DNA of 64,000 bases. It comes from Cyanophora paradoxa CCMP329 (lineage: Eukaryota > Plantae > Glaucophyta). Numbering within the stretch: the stretch's first letter is position 1; each line of letters starts with the position of its first letter. The stretch lies in NCBI GenBank assembly GCA_004431415.1, contig QPMI01000607.1, positions 1 through 64,000 on the forward strand, written 5' to 3'. This document shows, one piece after another, positions 27,796 to 40,210 of the stretch. The notes beneath the pieces were generated by a model. It was not told the DNA's origin. It made no database searches and saw only the letters and a list, made by a program, of their open reading frames with translations. The position numbers were made by a program, and so were the translations under genes.

Positions 27796-28761
27796 AGCTA
27801 CACATATACAACGCCCGGCTTTTAGACCTCGGCTAATTTAAATTGATATCGTTAGTATATAACCTGTATTTATAATATATCTATCGTGAATATGTGTGTG
27901 ATTTATCGGTGATTTGTATTTATGTTTTCGTGGGTTATAGCTTCTTTTTAATAAAATATGTGAAATATGTATAGTTTCTTTGATCTTTATGTATATTCTC
28001 GATGAGTAGACTTATATGTATCGTGAGTTTCATTATAGTATAGGTGTGACTCAACTTAGTTTAATTATAACTTGCCTCAGTCTAAAAGCTGGGCGTTGTA
28101 TATGTGTGTTGTTCTGAATTTTCAATATAAAAGCGACGATCACGCGCCGTTTCATCAAAAACAACTACTATGTGCTGCATGAAACGTTCGCGCGCACCAG
28201 TTTCGCACGTAAATGTATGAGTTTCGCACCGAAATCGATCGACGACGCACCGAAACTACGCAATTTACCGCAACTACTCAAAGAAACTACGCAATTTAAT
28301 ACCGGGAACTACTGAAAAGATACCAAAACTACGCAACTACGCAACTTTCTGAAAAAGTCTGAAATTCGGGGTGGGAAAAATTTAGAAAAGTGTAAAACTT
28401 GCGTAGTTGCGTAGTTTTGGTTTCGTTTGCGTAGTTTTGGTTTCGAAATGCGTAGTTTTTCAGGGAAGGTTGAGTAGTTTCAAGTAGTTTATATATTATA
28501 AAGTAGTTTCTTATTAATATCAATATGATTCTATGATATATACCATGATTTCACTACTGAAAAGAGCGCCGGCATAGCTACGCGAGAGTTTCGCACTGTG
28601 CCACACAGTGGTTTCGCATGGGCACCGATACTTTCTCACTGAAATGCGCGCGGGCGATCGGAGACTACGCAACTTAATTAACTACGCATGGAAACTACGC
28701 AATCTGATCGCTTTTAATACCGAAAACTACGCATTTAATACCAAAACTACGCAACTACGCA
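27796..28761 (+). mobile_element. AT-rich Polinton-like terminal module, copy 1 (truncated by the duplication junction)
   Basis: 28-bp inverted repeat at 27800-27827 / 28080-28107, homologous to 46129-46155 / 46399-46425. Downstream motif AAAACAACTACTATGTGCTGCATG and AACTACGC iteron palindrome. Confidence 0.7.
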
Positions 28762-28801
28762 TCTTTCCGCACGCCCTTCGCATCTTTTCCGCATCATCTA
28801 C

Positions 28802-31800
28802 GATCCTGGACGGACCTGCGCATCTTTCCGCACGCCCTCGCGTCCTCACCCATGCCCATCGCTACAGTATTTATTAAACATCTTTTCAAAGCGTTTCGCA
28901 AGCTCTGCGGACGCGACGGAGCACGAGAACCCAGCCGACGCCAAATTCCCCATCCTGGACAGGCCTGCATGTATTTTCGCGCGCCCTCGCCTCCGTATCC
29001 CTGGACATCGATCATGTATGTATCCGAGAGTCTGTTTAAACGATTCACAAGCTCTACGCATGCGCCTGGCCGCGAGATTCTCAATCCTCCCGTCAACGCT
29101 CTCCTGTCAATTTCCTCAGCGCCTGCATGTATTTTCGCGCGCCCTCGCCTCCGTAGCCCTGCACATCGACAGAGAGCGCATTCCAGATTCTGTTTAAGCA
29201 ATTCACAAGCTCTACGCATGCGCCTCGCCGCGAGATTCTCAATCCTCCCATCCGCGAGATTCTGTTTAAGAGATGCATGAACTCTGTGCATGCGCCTGCA
29301 GCTGGCCGCGAGAACCTCGCCCCTCCCTCAACACTCTCCTGTCAATTTCCTCAGCGCCTCCAGGTCAACTACAGCTAGCTGATTGGCAGCACCATCCCTC
29401 CCCTCATTATATTCTCTCAGCCCCAGCAATATTAATTCCCCTAATTACATAATTATATTCTCTGAACACAACTCCTCTCAGGACAACTCCTCCCCTAATT
29501 CTGCTCCCTCTCAGGATCCCTCCCCTCCCCTTTAATTTCATCGCCCCGCCAGACCCCACCCTACCCCACCCGGCCCAGCCACGACGGCCCGCGATAAATA
29601 AGGGGACCGGGATGGGGACCGCGGCGACTCATGATTTAAATAGGGCATGGCGAGGGGCGGGCCGCGACGGGCCGCGATGAACAAGGGGGACGCAAAGGGG
29701 GCGGCAAGGGCTTCGCCCGATGGTTGGGACCCGCAGGGGCCCAGGGCTTGTCGGAAATCCAGATCGGAAATCCATATATTCCCTCTCAGGATCCCTCCCC
29801 TCCGCGGCCGCCAGGCCCCACCATACCCCACGTGCACCCAGCCACCGAGAGCCACGACGGCCCGCGATAAATAAGGGGACCGGGACGGGGACTTGGGGCA
29901 AAGGGAGGGGCGGGCCGCGACGGGCCGCGATGAACAAGGGGGACGCCAAGGGGGCGACGGAGGCTTCGCCCGATGTTTGGGACCCGCAGGGGCCCAGGGC
30001 ATGTCGGGCGAAGCCTCTTCCGTAGGTCGATGGTGAACGGGCGAAATTATTTTTTTCCACTCGAATCCGATTGGTCCGAGCGTCGAGCTTGACAACCTCC
30101 ACGATGAAGGCGAACAGTCTCCGACGTTACATAGCTGAACACGGACATTACACTTATTTTTGGACTCGTGGCTCCCCTCAAATTCCGTCCGGACTCCTGG
30201 GTCCCCGCGCGAAAATCGAATTTCGCTCCTGGATCGATTCCGGTATTTATACCCCCGGTTCGATCCATTACACTTATTTTTGGACTCGTGGCTCCCCTCA
30301 AATTCCGTCCGGACTCCTGGGTCCCCGCGCGAAAATCGAATTTCGCTCCTGGATCGATTCCGGTATTTATACCCCCGGTTCGATCGCGAAGCGCCAAAAA
30401 GTGGGACCCGGTCCCGCCCGGTCCCGCGACGAAAGCGCGCCAGGGATGTCCCAGAACGGTCACAATGACAGCCAAGAGCGCGCGCATTGTGGCAAGCCCG
30501 ATTTCGGCCGCCGCCGACGCTCCACTCCAGAGAGTCGGCCGAAATTTTGATCCTGCCGGTTCCGCCCGGTCCCCCGACGCGCGCAATCGATGCGTACTGG
30601 CGCGCATAGACATAGCAGGGCCTGCGCACTCCAGATATCCGCTTTTCGCAGCCGGAACAGCGCAGGAATGTGCCCGATGGCAAAAATTCGATCCTGCACG
30701 GCCCCGGACATCTTTCCGCGCGCCGACGTCGCGGCGCATGCACGGATCAATAGTATAAGCATTGGAGATGTAGAAATGCATTCTCCATGCTTAACTGATG
30801 CGCCGGGCCGCCAGGATCCAGCCGACCCCAAAATTTGATCCTGGACGGACCTGCGCATCTTTCCGCACGCCCTCGCGTCCTCACCCATGCCCATCGCTAC
30901 AGTATTTATTAAACATCTTTTCAAAGCGTTTCGCAAGCTCTGCGGACGCGACGGAGCACGAGAACCCAGCCGACGCCAAATTCCCCATCTTGGACAGGCC
31001 TGCATGTATTTTCGCGCGCCCTCGCCTCCGTATCCCTGGACATCGATCATGTATGTATCCGAGAGTCTGTTTAAACGATTCACAAGCTCTACGCATGCGC
31101 CTGGCCGCGAGATTCTCAATCCTCCCGTCAACGCTCTCCTGTCAATTTCCTCAGCGCCTGCATGTATTTTCGCGCGCCCTCGCCTCCGTAGCCCTGCACA
31201 TCGACAGAGAGCGCATTCCAGATTCTGTTTAAGCAATTCACAAGCTCTACGCATGCGCCTCGCCGCGAGATTCTCAATCCTCCCGTCAACGCTCTCCTGT
31301 CAATTTCCTCAGCGCCTCCAGGTCAACTACAGCTAGCTGATTGGCAGCACCATCCCTCCCCTCATTATATTCGATCTCTCAGCCCCAGCAATATTAATTC
31401 CCCTAATTACATAATTATATTCTCTGAACACAACTCCTCTCAGGACAACTCCTCCCCTAATTCTGCTCCCTCTCAGGATCCCTCCCCTCCCCTTTAATTT
31501 CATCGCCCCGCCAGACCCCACCCTACCCCACCCGGCCCAGCCACGACGGTCCGCGATAAATAAGGGGACCGGGACGGGGACCGCGGCGACTCATGAAATC
31601 AATATGGCACGGGAAGGGGCGGGCCGCGACGGGCCGCGATGAACAAGGGGGACGCAAAGGGGGCGGCAAGGGCTTCGCCCGATGTTTGGGACCCGCAGGG
31701 GCCCAGGGCTTGTCGGGCGAAGCCTCTTCCGTATGTCAATGGTGAACGGGCGGATCTATTTGTTTTCCACTCGAGTCCGATTGGTCCGAGTGTCCAGAGT

Positions 31801-34137
31801 CGCAACCTCCGCAATGAAGGCGAACGGTCTCCGACGTGACACAGTAGAACTGACAGGCGGCCAACCTCCACTGATTTATTTTCGCAGTCATAGCTCCCCT
31901 AAAATTCCGCCCGTGAGCGTCGCGCGAAAATCGCATTTCCCTCACGGATCAATTCCGGTATTTATACCCCGGCTCGATCGCGAAACCCCAAAAAGTGGGA
32001 CCCGGTCCCGCCCGGTCCCGCGACGAAAGGCCGCCATAGACGCCCCAGAGCGATGCAGAGTTACAGATTAGAGCGCGCACATCACCATGAGCTCGATTTC
32101 GGCCGCCGTCGATGCTCCAGTGCGAAGAGTCGGCCGAAATTTCGACCCAGCCGATCCCGCCCGGTCCCACGACGCGCGCAATCGATGCATTCTCGCGCGC
32201 ATAGACATAGCACGGCCTGCGCACTCCAGGAATCCGCTTCTCGGAGCCGGAACAGTGCAGGAAGGTACCCAGCGGCAACAATTCGATCCTGCACAGTCCC
32301 GGGCAACTTTCCGCGCGCCGACGCCGCGGCGCATGCGCGGAACAATAGCATATGCATTCGAGATGTAGACGAAGCCTTTTGCACGGGCTCCAAATGCGCC
32401 GGGCCGCGAGGACCCAGCCGACCCCGAAAATTCGATCCTGCACGAACCTGCACATCTTTTCGCGCGCCCTCGCAGCCCCACGCATGCCCATCGCTACAGT
32501 ATTCATTTAACATCTTTTCAAAGCCTTCTCCAAGCTCTGCGGACGCGACGAAGCACGAGAACCCAGTCGACACGAAAATTTCGATCCTGGACAGGCCTGC
32601 ACATATTTCAACGCGCCCTCGCCTCTGCAGCCCTGCACATCGATCCTTTATACATTCGAGATTCTGTTTAACCGATCTGCAAGCTCTACGCATGCGCCCG
32701 GCGGCCTGCACGCCACAATCTCGCCTCTCCTCTCAACACTCTCCCCTCAATTGCTGGAATTGCCCCAATTGCAATCACAGCTATAACTACCTGCAGCTGA
32801 TTGGCAGCACCATTCCTCCCCTCATTATATTCTCTCTCGATCCGCCCCACCAATTTCCCTAATACCATAATTATATTCTCCCAGGACACCTGCTCTCAGG
32901 ACAACGCCTTCCCTTATTATATTTCCTCTCACAAGCCCTCCCCTACGAATCCCCTCTCACTCCCAGCCCCACCCATGCATGGCCATCCACTGAGAGCCAC
33001 GACGGGCCACGATAAATAAGGGGGCCGGGACGGGGACCGGGGCGAGTCATGATTTAGATAGAGCACAGCGAGGGGCGGGCCGCGACGGGCCGCGATGAAA
33101 AAGGGGGACGCGAAGGGGGCGGCAAGGGCTTCGCCCGATGTTTGGGACCCGCAGGGGCCCAGGGCTTGTCGGAAATCCAGATCGGCGACCGAAATTCCTG
33201 TAACGTCCGAGAAACGTCCGTCCCACGTGTTCGCCCCGAACTCGTCCTGGATCAATTCACGCACTCACCTCAACAGTGACATGATGCACTGACATCACGC
33301 AACTACCCATCCAATTCCTCTCATGGATCAAATCTCCGGCTTGCATGCCGCCATATCCAGAATCAATTTCGATCCTGGCTCCCCTAAGACGATCGCTCTC
33401 CCTCCTGGATCGATTCCAGTATATCATAGTATATACCACGGTTCGATCGCGAAACTCCAAAAAGTGGGACCCGGTCCCGCCCGGTCCCGCGACGAAAGCA
33501 CGCCAGGGACGCCCCAGAGCGGTATAGAATGAGAGCGGAGGGCGCGCGCACCGCTGCAAGCTCGATCTCGGCCGCCGTCGACGCTCCAGCCCGAACCTTT
33601 TTAAGAGTCGACCGAAAATTTGATCCAGCCGGTTCCGAATGGTCCCACGACGCGCGCAATCGATACGTACTGGTGCGCATAGACATAGTAGCACCTGCGC
33701 ACTCCAGGAATCCGCTTTTCGAAGCGGAACAGCGCAGCAAGGTGCCCGGCGGCAAACATTCGATCCTGCCCAGCCCCGGACATCTTTCCCCGCGCCCACG
33801 CCGCGGCGCATGCGCGGAACAATAGTATATGCATTTCAGATGAAGATAAAGCAATCTGCATGCTTTACAGATGCGCCGGGCCGCGAGGACCCAACCGACC
33901 CCGAAAATTCGATCCTTGACGAACGTGTCCATCTTTCTGCGCGCCCTCGCATCCTCCCGCATGCCCATCGCTACAGTATGCATTTGAGAGCTTTTCCAAG
34001 CTTTGCGCAAGCTCTCTGGGGGCGAAAGAGCACCAGAACCCAGCCGACACCAACTTGGCAAATTTTCGATCCTGGACAGGCCTGGACATATTTCCGTGCG
34101 CCCTCGCGAGCGAGCTCGCCTCCGCAGCCCTGCATGC
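28802..34137. repeat. Macrosatellite array within the second duplication copy
   Basis: Copy of 22465-27795. Confidence 0.93.
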
Positions 34138-35230
34138 AGCTACACATATACAACGCCCGGCTTTTAGACCTCGGCTAATTTAAATTGATATCGTTAGTAT
34201 ATAACCTGTATTTATAATATATCTATCGTGAATATGTGTGTGATTTATCGGTGATTTGTATTTATGTTTTCGTGGGTTATAGCTTCTTTTTAATAAAATA
34301 TGTGAAATATGTATAGTTTCTTTGATCTTTATGTATATTCTCGATGAGTAGACTTATATGTATCGTGAGTTTCATTATAGTATAGGTGTGACTCAACTTA
34401 GTTTAATTATAACTTGCCTCAGTCTAAAAGCTGGGCGTTGTATATGTGTGTTGTTCTGAATTTTCAATATAAAAGCGACGATCACGCGCCGTTTCATCAA
34501 AAACAACTACTATGTGCTGCATGAAACGTTCGCGCGCACCAGTTTCGCACGTAAATGTATGAGTTTCGCACCGAAATCGATCGACGACGCACCGAAACTA
34601 CGCAATTTACCGCAACTACTCAAAGAAACTACGCAATTTAATACCGGGAACTACTGAAAAGATACCAAAACTACGCAACTACGCAACTTTCTGAAAAAGT
34701 CTGAAATTCGGGGTGGGAAAAATTTAGAAAAGTGTAAAACTTGCGTAGTTGCGTAGTTTTGGTTTCGTTTGCGTAGTTTTGGTTTCGAAATGCGTAGTTT
34801 TTCAGGGAAGGTTGAGTAGTTTCAAGTAGTTTATATATTATAAAGTAGTTTCTTATTAATATCAATATGATTCTATGATATATACCATGATTTCACTACT
34901 GAAAAGAGCGCCGGCATAGCTACGCGAGAGTTTCGCACTGTGCCACACAGTGGTTTCGCATGGGCACCGATACTTTCTCACTGAAATGCGCGCGGGCGAT
35001 CGGAGACTACGCAACTTAATTAACTACGCATGGAAACTACGCAATCTGATCGCTTTTAATACCGAAAACTACGCATTTAATACCAAAACTACGCAACTAC
35101 GCAACTTTCTGAAAAAGTTTAGAAGTTGGCGGGGAAAAAAATTAGAAAAGTGAAAAACTTGCGTAGTTGCGTAGTTTTGGTATTAAATGCGTAGTTTCCG
35201 GTATTAAGTTGCGTAGTTTAACATAGGTAG
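34138..35230 (+). mobile_element. AT-rich Polinton-like terminal module, copy 2 (two iteron palindromes)
   Basis: Inverted repeat at 34142-34169 / 34422-34449. AACTACGC arrays face GCGTAGTT arrays at ~34595-34800 and ~35005-35220. Confidence 0.7.
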
Positions 35231-35547
35231 TTGAGTAGCCTTTTGCTTTTCTGTTTTGGAAATTTAGAGGGCCGACCGGCACCGCACCTCTTTTGCATCC
35301 GAGTGTTTCATGCATGCACTAACTGCATTTGCGTGTTGGTGCGGCGCGAACCCAAATTATCGAGGTTGCCGCCCCCAGCCATTTCCATACATGGCCAAGT
35401 TTGGATTTTTTATGGTGGCGTGGCAAGCTCGCTCATGATGCAGCATTGAAAGGGGTATGTCCCCGTATGTACACTCGCGCGGCGGGCTCTGCTCCTGCAC
35501 CCGTCGCGCTCGGGGCGGGCAGGTCGCGGCCGGCGTCCGGCACGCTC

Positions 35548-36475
35548 TCACTCGTCCGCCCCGCGGATCTTTTTGCGGAGCTGCATATCCTTGGGCTGGA
35601 TTGTGATGCTGCGCGCCCTCGGCGGTTACGTGCCCCTGTACGGGGCGCTACAGAGTTTTGGAGGGGGGAGAAGGGGCGGCACACCGCTTGGCATGGATCG
35701 CGAGGAGGTTGCTCCCCTCGAAAGTCTCGATGGTGTAGCTGCGTCTCGACGATCAGTTGCAGAGCTCAGCATTTTGTATACTTGTAAATCTCGCGCACTG
35801 CTCGGTGGCCTCGCGGAGAGCAAGGACGGCCTGCCGGCACCAGCGGAGAGCGGGAGTGTCGGTCAGCCTTGCCTCACGAAGCTCTTTCAGGACATCTTCG
35901 GTGATCTCCTTGACGGTGCGGGTGAATGGGGCCAGCGCAATGATGGGTTCGGTTCGCTTCTGCCACTTGCGAATCTCTCTGCGAGCGACGGAGCATCGGA
36001 TTAATATTCACTGAGCCTCCTACACTTTAAACTTAGACAACGTCATGATCAATTGCAACGTACCGGAGGGCAACCGTGCCTCCGCAAAGGCGTGCGCGGT
36101 TATAAACAAATCAGATATATAGAGATCTAGAAACATTAAGAATGATAGTCACTTTAAAATAGCTATAGTAAGAGATCTAGATCTAGAATGATATCGATCA
36201 TGATACGATGACAGTTGAATCACTTATAGTCACTTTTAATTAATTTAGCCCTTTTGGGTTCAACGGTTACAAGGCTCGCATACTGATCATGATCATGATC
36301 ATGAACATGAACTCGGACCTGGACGGTAACGGTGAGGCTTCTTGACGCCTCCTGCGGCAGGAGCCGCTTTACGGGCCGCCTTTGACGCGAGCTTCCGCTC
36401 GCCTATGTTTGCGAATCGCTTCCGCGGGGCCTTGCCCCCCGTGCTCTTTTGCGCCGTGTGCTTCGTCCGTGCCAT
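35548..36475 (-). CDS. Divergent histone H3 variant, 155 aa, 4 exons (36475-36319, 35994-35799, 35738-35685, 35608-35548), CenH3-like histone fold
   Basis: Manual splice gives [155 protein letters not shown]. Introns 2 and 3 (60 and 76 nt) are GT..GCAG with matching phases. The intron 1 acceptor reads AT, not AG. Confidence 0.88.
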
Positions 36476-36610
36476 CTGGCTAGAGCTTGCTTGGGCCGAA
36501 AGGCCCTGCGGCCTCACCGGTGTGTGCACGCGTGGGTGCTCTTATTTATATATTCGTATACACACGGATTGTTTTTTTTGCGTCGTGCATTTCAACTCAG
36601 AACCAAGAAA

Positions 36611-37247
36611 TCAAGGGGCGTCGGACTCGGATTTCGAGCCGTCGGCGTCCGAGGCCCCGGCGGCCTTGATGCGAAAGACGTTCTTCGGCATGCGAACGAG
36701 CGGCTCGCCCTTGCTGTCGACGAGCTTCCTCACGCGCTCGTCGAGCCGCTTCTCGATCTCCTCGAGCGCCGCCTCGTCGGCGCGCTGCAGGTTGGGGAGA
36801 AAGGCGACAAAGTCCGCCGGGCTGACTCCGTCGCCCACCACGCGCGCGAGGCCCGGGAGGCGCTGCAGGACGCGGGCGCAGGCCGCCAGGTCCGAGTAGG
36901 CCTTGGCGCACACCGAGCGCTCCTCGAGGCGGAGGCCGCAGGCCTCGAGGATGTGGTTGTAGCGCGGCTCGACGCGGTCCCGCCGAAAGTAGCCCCAGCT
37001 GCGGGGGTTCCGCCCGTTGGCCTCGACGTAGCGCTCGTACGCGCCGAGGATGCCCGTCGAGGCGAGGAGGAGGCAGCGTATCCGCTCCCGCCCCGCGTGC
37101 TGGGCCCGCAGGAGGAGGGCCCGCCGCGCCGCGGGGTCCCCGTCGAGCTGGATCCCGACGAGGGCGGCGTCGACGCCGCGCCGCAGCCCCCGCTCGAGCT
37201 CGCGGAGGGAGAGCGTCCCCTCGCTCCTCTCCGAGACCGCCTCTTCC

Positions 37248-37285
<38 letters not shown>

Positions 37286-38634
37286 CTCGTGCTCCGCGTC
37301 CGCGTCCGAGCCCGAGTCCGACGTCTCCTCGCCGTCCCGATCCCGATCGGCCGCCTCGAGCTGGGTCTCGAACTCGGCCCGCTTCTGCTCCTCCCACTCG
37401 TTCATCGGCCCGTCCTCGCCGGTGGGCTCGCCTCCGGATCCACCTCCGCCGCCGCCCGCGCCGGGGGCCTCGGTCTCCTCGCCCGCGCCCTCGCCCGCGC
37501 CCTCCTCGTCCTCCTCCTCGTCAAAGTCCTCGCGCTTGCACGTGTAGGCGTCGTAGAGGATGCGCTGCAGCTTCTCGCTCTCCCACGGCGGCCGCCGCTC
37601 CGACGAGGCGGGGCGGCGCTGCCGCTTGGCCGGCGGGCCCTTGGGCGCCTCGATGGCCAGCGGCGGCTCCTCGTCCTCGAGCTCGTCCTTGTCCTCGGCG
37701 GCCGCGGGGGCCATGCGCCTCGCGCGCGTCGCCCGGGCCGCCGGTGCCGGCGCCGGCGCCGGAGCTCCCCCGGCCGCCGCCGCAGAGCTCCCCTCGGGCG
37801 CCGTCGAGGCCTGCGAGGCCCCGGCGCGCCCCGAGCGGCGGGGCGTCGACGCGTTCGAGTCGGTCCCGCCCTTGCGCGCGGGCGCGGGCTGGGCGGCCGC
37901 GGGGAGCCCCCGGCGGGAGGCTCCTGGGAGGCAGACTCGGCCGCGGGCGCCGCCGGTCCCTGGACGAAGAGGGCCCCGCCCCGCCGCTCGTCGGGGGCGC
38001 GCGGCGGCACGAGGCCAGCGCGGCGAGCTGGATCGCGCGCGAGACGCCCTCGGCCGCCGTCCAGGACTCGGGGCGCTCGGCCTCGTGGACAAAGGCGCGG
38101 TAGGCGAGGTAGCCGTCGACGCGCGACGAGGGGACGAGCGCGGAGAGCGTCGGGTGCGGCTCGCTGCACGCGTTCTGGAGCATGGGGCACTCGACCTCGC
38201 CCTCTTCGTCCCCGGCCGCACCCGTGGGCGCCAGAACCTGCGCAGAAGGGGGCGTTGGGCGGGGGGGGAGGGGGGGGGGTACGGTGGGGGTACGGGCGCG
38301 GGGCCGGCACCTTGGGGACGCAGGCGAGGCACACGAGGCCGTGGCGCTGGAGCAGGTGGCCCGTCGGCTCGTCGTTGAGGTCGATCGCGCGGTCGAGGTC
38401 GCCCCCGCCGGCGAGCTCGGCGATGCTCCTGGCCAGGCATGCCGGCACGTACGCCGGCGGGAGGAGCCGCTCCGCGGCGCAGACGCTGCACCGGGGGCGC
38501 ACGTCGAGCTCCAGCCAGGCCGAGATGTACTTGGGGCGGGCGATCCGCACGGGCCGCGCGTCGATCGGCGGGGCCCCCGATGCTGCATCCTCCTGGGAGG
38601 ACGCCGCCTGCTTGCCCTTGGCCTTGGCCCCCAT
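36611..38634 (-). CDS. Unknown protein, spliced: N-terminal CxxC pairs, acidic/low-complexity middle, helical C-terminal domain; paralogue of 41468-44107
   Basis: ATG at 38634 (MGAKAKGKQ..RCSVCA..GLVCLACVPK), intron 38310-38238 (GTGCCG..GCGCAG), and coding-like C-terminal ORF 36611-38491. The middle junction is unresolved. Confidence 0.6.
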
Positions 38635-39343
38635 CGAGACCGCGGGACCCGTGTTCCCGGTACCCCCCGCTCGAGCCGAGGGGGGTACGCGGGCTCTTTC
38701 AATCCTGCACGCGGGAATGAGAATCCGTGGGGGTGGACTGCAGCTCTTTATGAATTTCCTCTGCGCGGGGATCGGCACCTGGGGGCGGGGGGAGGCCGCT
38801 GTACCCCTCCCCCGCGCCGCATGTGGTTCCACGGGGGGCTGCATGCCGGTCAGGGGGCGTTGAAGGGGGTACGGTGGGCGATGAAGTGAGAGAGGGGGTA
38901 CCGAGCTCTAGGGGGAAGGGCTGACCGCGATGCAACCGATCGCCCCACTAAAGAGTGCAGGGGCCCCTCCCTCTGCGCAGCATTTCGACGTACCCTGTCG
39001 CCGCTTTGATCAGCCCCCCCCTCCCCCCTCGCGCGGCCGGCGGGCCGGGGCCGCGCGCGCAAGAGTCGGACCCGCGCACCGCGAGATGCAAGGCCGGGCG
39101 GAGAGCGTGCCGTCGGCGGCGCGGGGGGAGAGGCCGGGGCTCGCAAAGTCGGGCGCGTGGGGTGCGGCTTGTACCCCTCTCTTGCCTCTACTGGCCCTCT
39201 CCTAGCCCCTGGAGCGGCTGCATGACGGCCAAGGGGCGAGGAGGGGAGGGAGGGGGGGAGGGGGGGGGGGGGGGGAGGAGGGGGGAGTGAGGGGCAGGTC
39301 TACGAGTTTGGAGAAGAAAGAGGGTACCGGGAAATCTTTCGAC

Positions 39344-40210
39344 GCGTGACCGCGATCCAGCCGGTTGCCGTACTCACTGCGCGGCGGGAAAACGCCGCCG
39401 TACCCCCCACCAGCCCTCGCCTCCTCCGGCCCTCTCCTAACCCCGGGAGCGGCTGCATGGTGGTCAGAGGGGGAGAGAGGGGGAGCGAGCAAGGTGGGGC
39501 TACAAGGTTTCAAGGGTAGAAAACAAGGGTACCGGGCGATCTTTTCAATGCGTGACCGCGATGCAGCCGGTTGCCGTACTTAACGCGCGGCTGGGGAACG
39601 CCGCCGTACCCCCCCTCCCGCCAGCCCTCGCCTCCTCCGGCCCTCTCCTAACCCCGGGAGCGGCTGCATGGTGGTCAGAGGGGGAGAGAGGGGGAGCGAG
39701 CAAGGTGGGGCTACAAGGTTTCAAGGGTAGAAAACAAGGGTACCGGGCGATCTTTTGTGACCGCGATGCAGCCGGTTGCCGTACTTGAACGCGCGGCTGG
39801 GGGACGCCGCCGTACCCTCCCGCCAGCCCTCGCCTCCTCCGGCCCTCTCCTAACCCCGGGAGCGGCTGCATGGTGGTCAGAGGGGGAGAGAGGGGGAGCG
39901 AGCAAGGTGGGGCTACAAGGTTTCAAGGGTAGAAAACAAGGGTACCGGGCGATCTTTTCAATGCGTGACCGCGATGCAGCCGGTTGCCGTACTTAACGCG
40001 CGGCTGGGGAACGCCGCCGTACCCCCCCTCCCGCCAGCCCTCGCCTCCTCCGGCCCTCTCCTAACCCCGGGAGCGGCTGCATGGAGGTCAAAGGGGGAGC
40101 GAGCAGGGCAGGGCTACGAGGTTCAAGGACAAAAAAAGGGTACCGGGCCGTATGTCGATGCGCGGCCGCGATGCAGCCGCCTGCCGTACTTGCTGTACGG
40201 CGGAAAGGCG
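39344..40210. repeat. ~207-bp tandem repeat (4 copies plus degenerate flanks), each with an internal imperfect inverted repeat
   Basis: GTGACCGCGAT(G/C)CAGCCGGTTGCCGTAC at ~39345, 39552, 39757 and 39965. Inverted partner CGGCTGCATGGTGGTCA within the units. Confidence 0.92.

Larger units (their letters stand above)
22465..35103. repeat. Near-identical 6.34-kb tandem segmental duplication (22465-28761 and 28802-35103)
   Basis: Sequence and ORF track repeat at an offset of 6337-6342, differing mostly by homopolymer indels. A 40-bp filler sits at the junction. Confidence 0.95.

Noticed and set aside
28329-28877. ORFs within the AACTACGC iteron region (also 34671-35153)
   Set aside because: Translations of short repeats (TTQLR, NYA) with no protein character.
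36299-36529. Interpretation as an isolated truncated H3 tail pseudogene
   Set aside because: The remaining histone fold is present downstream in three phase-compatible exons.
36449-38863. 804-aa plus-strand ORF, and 536-aa minus-strand ORF at 42638-44248
   Set aside because: Antisense shadows of GC-rich coding genes on the opposite strand.
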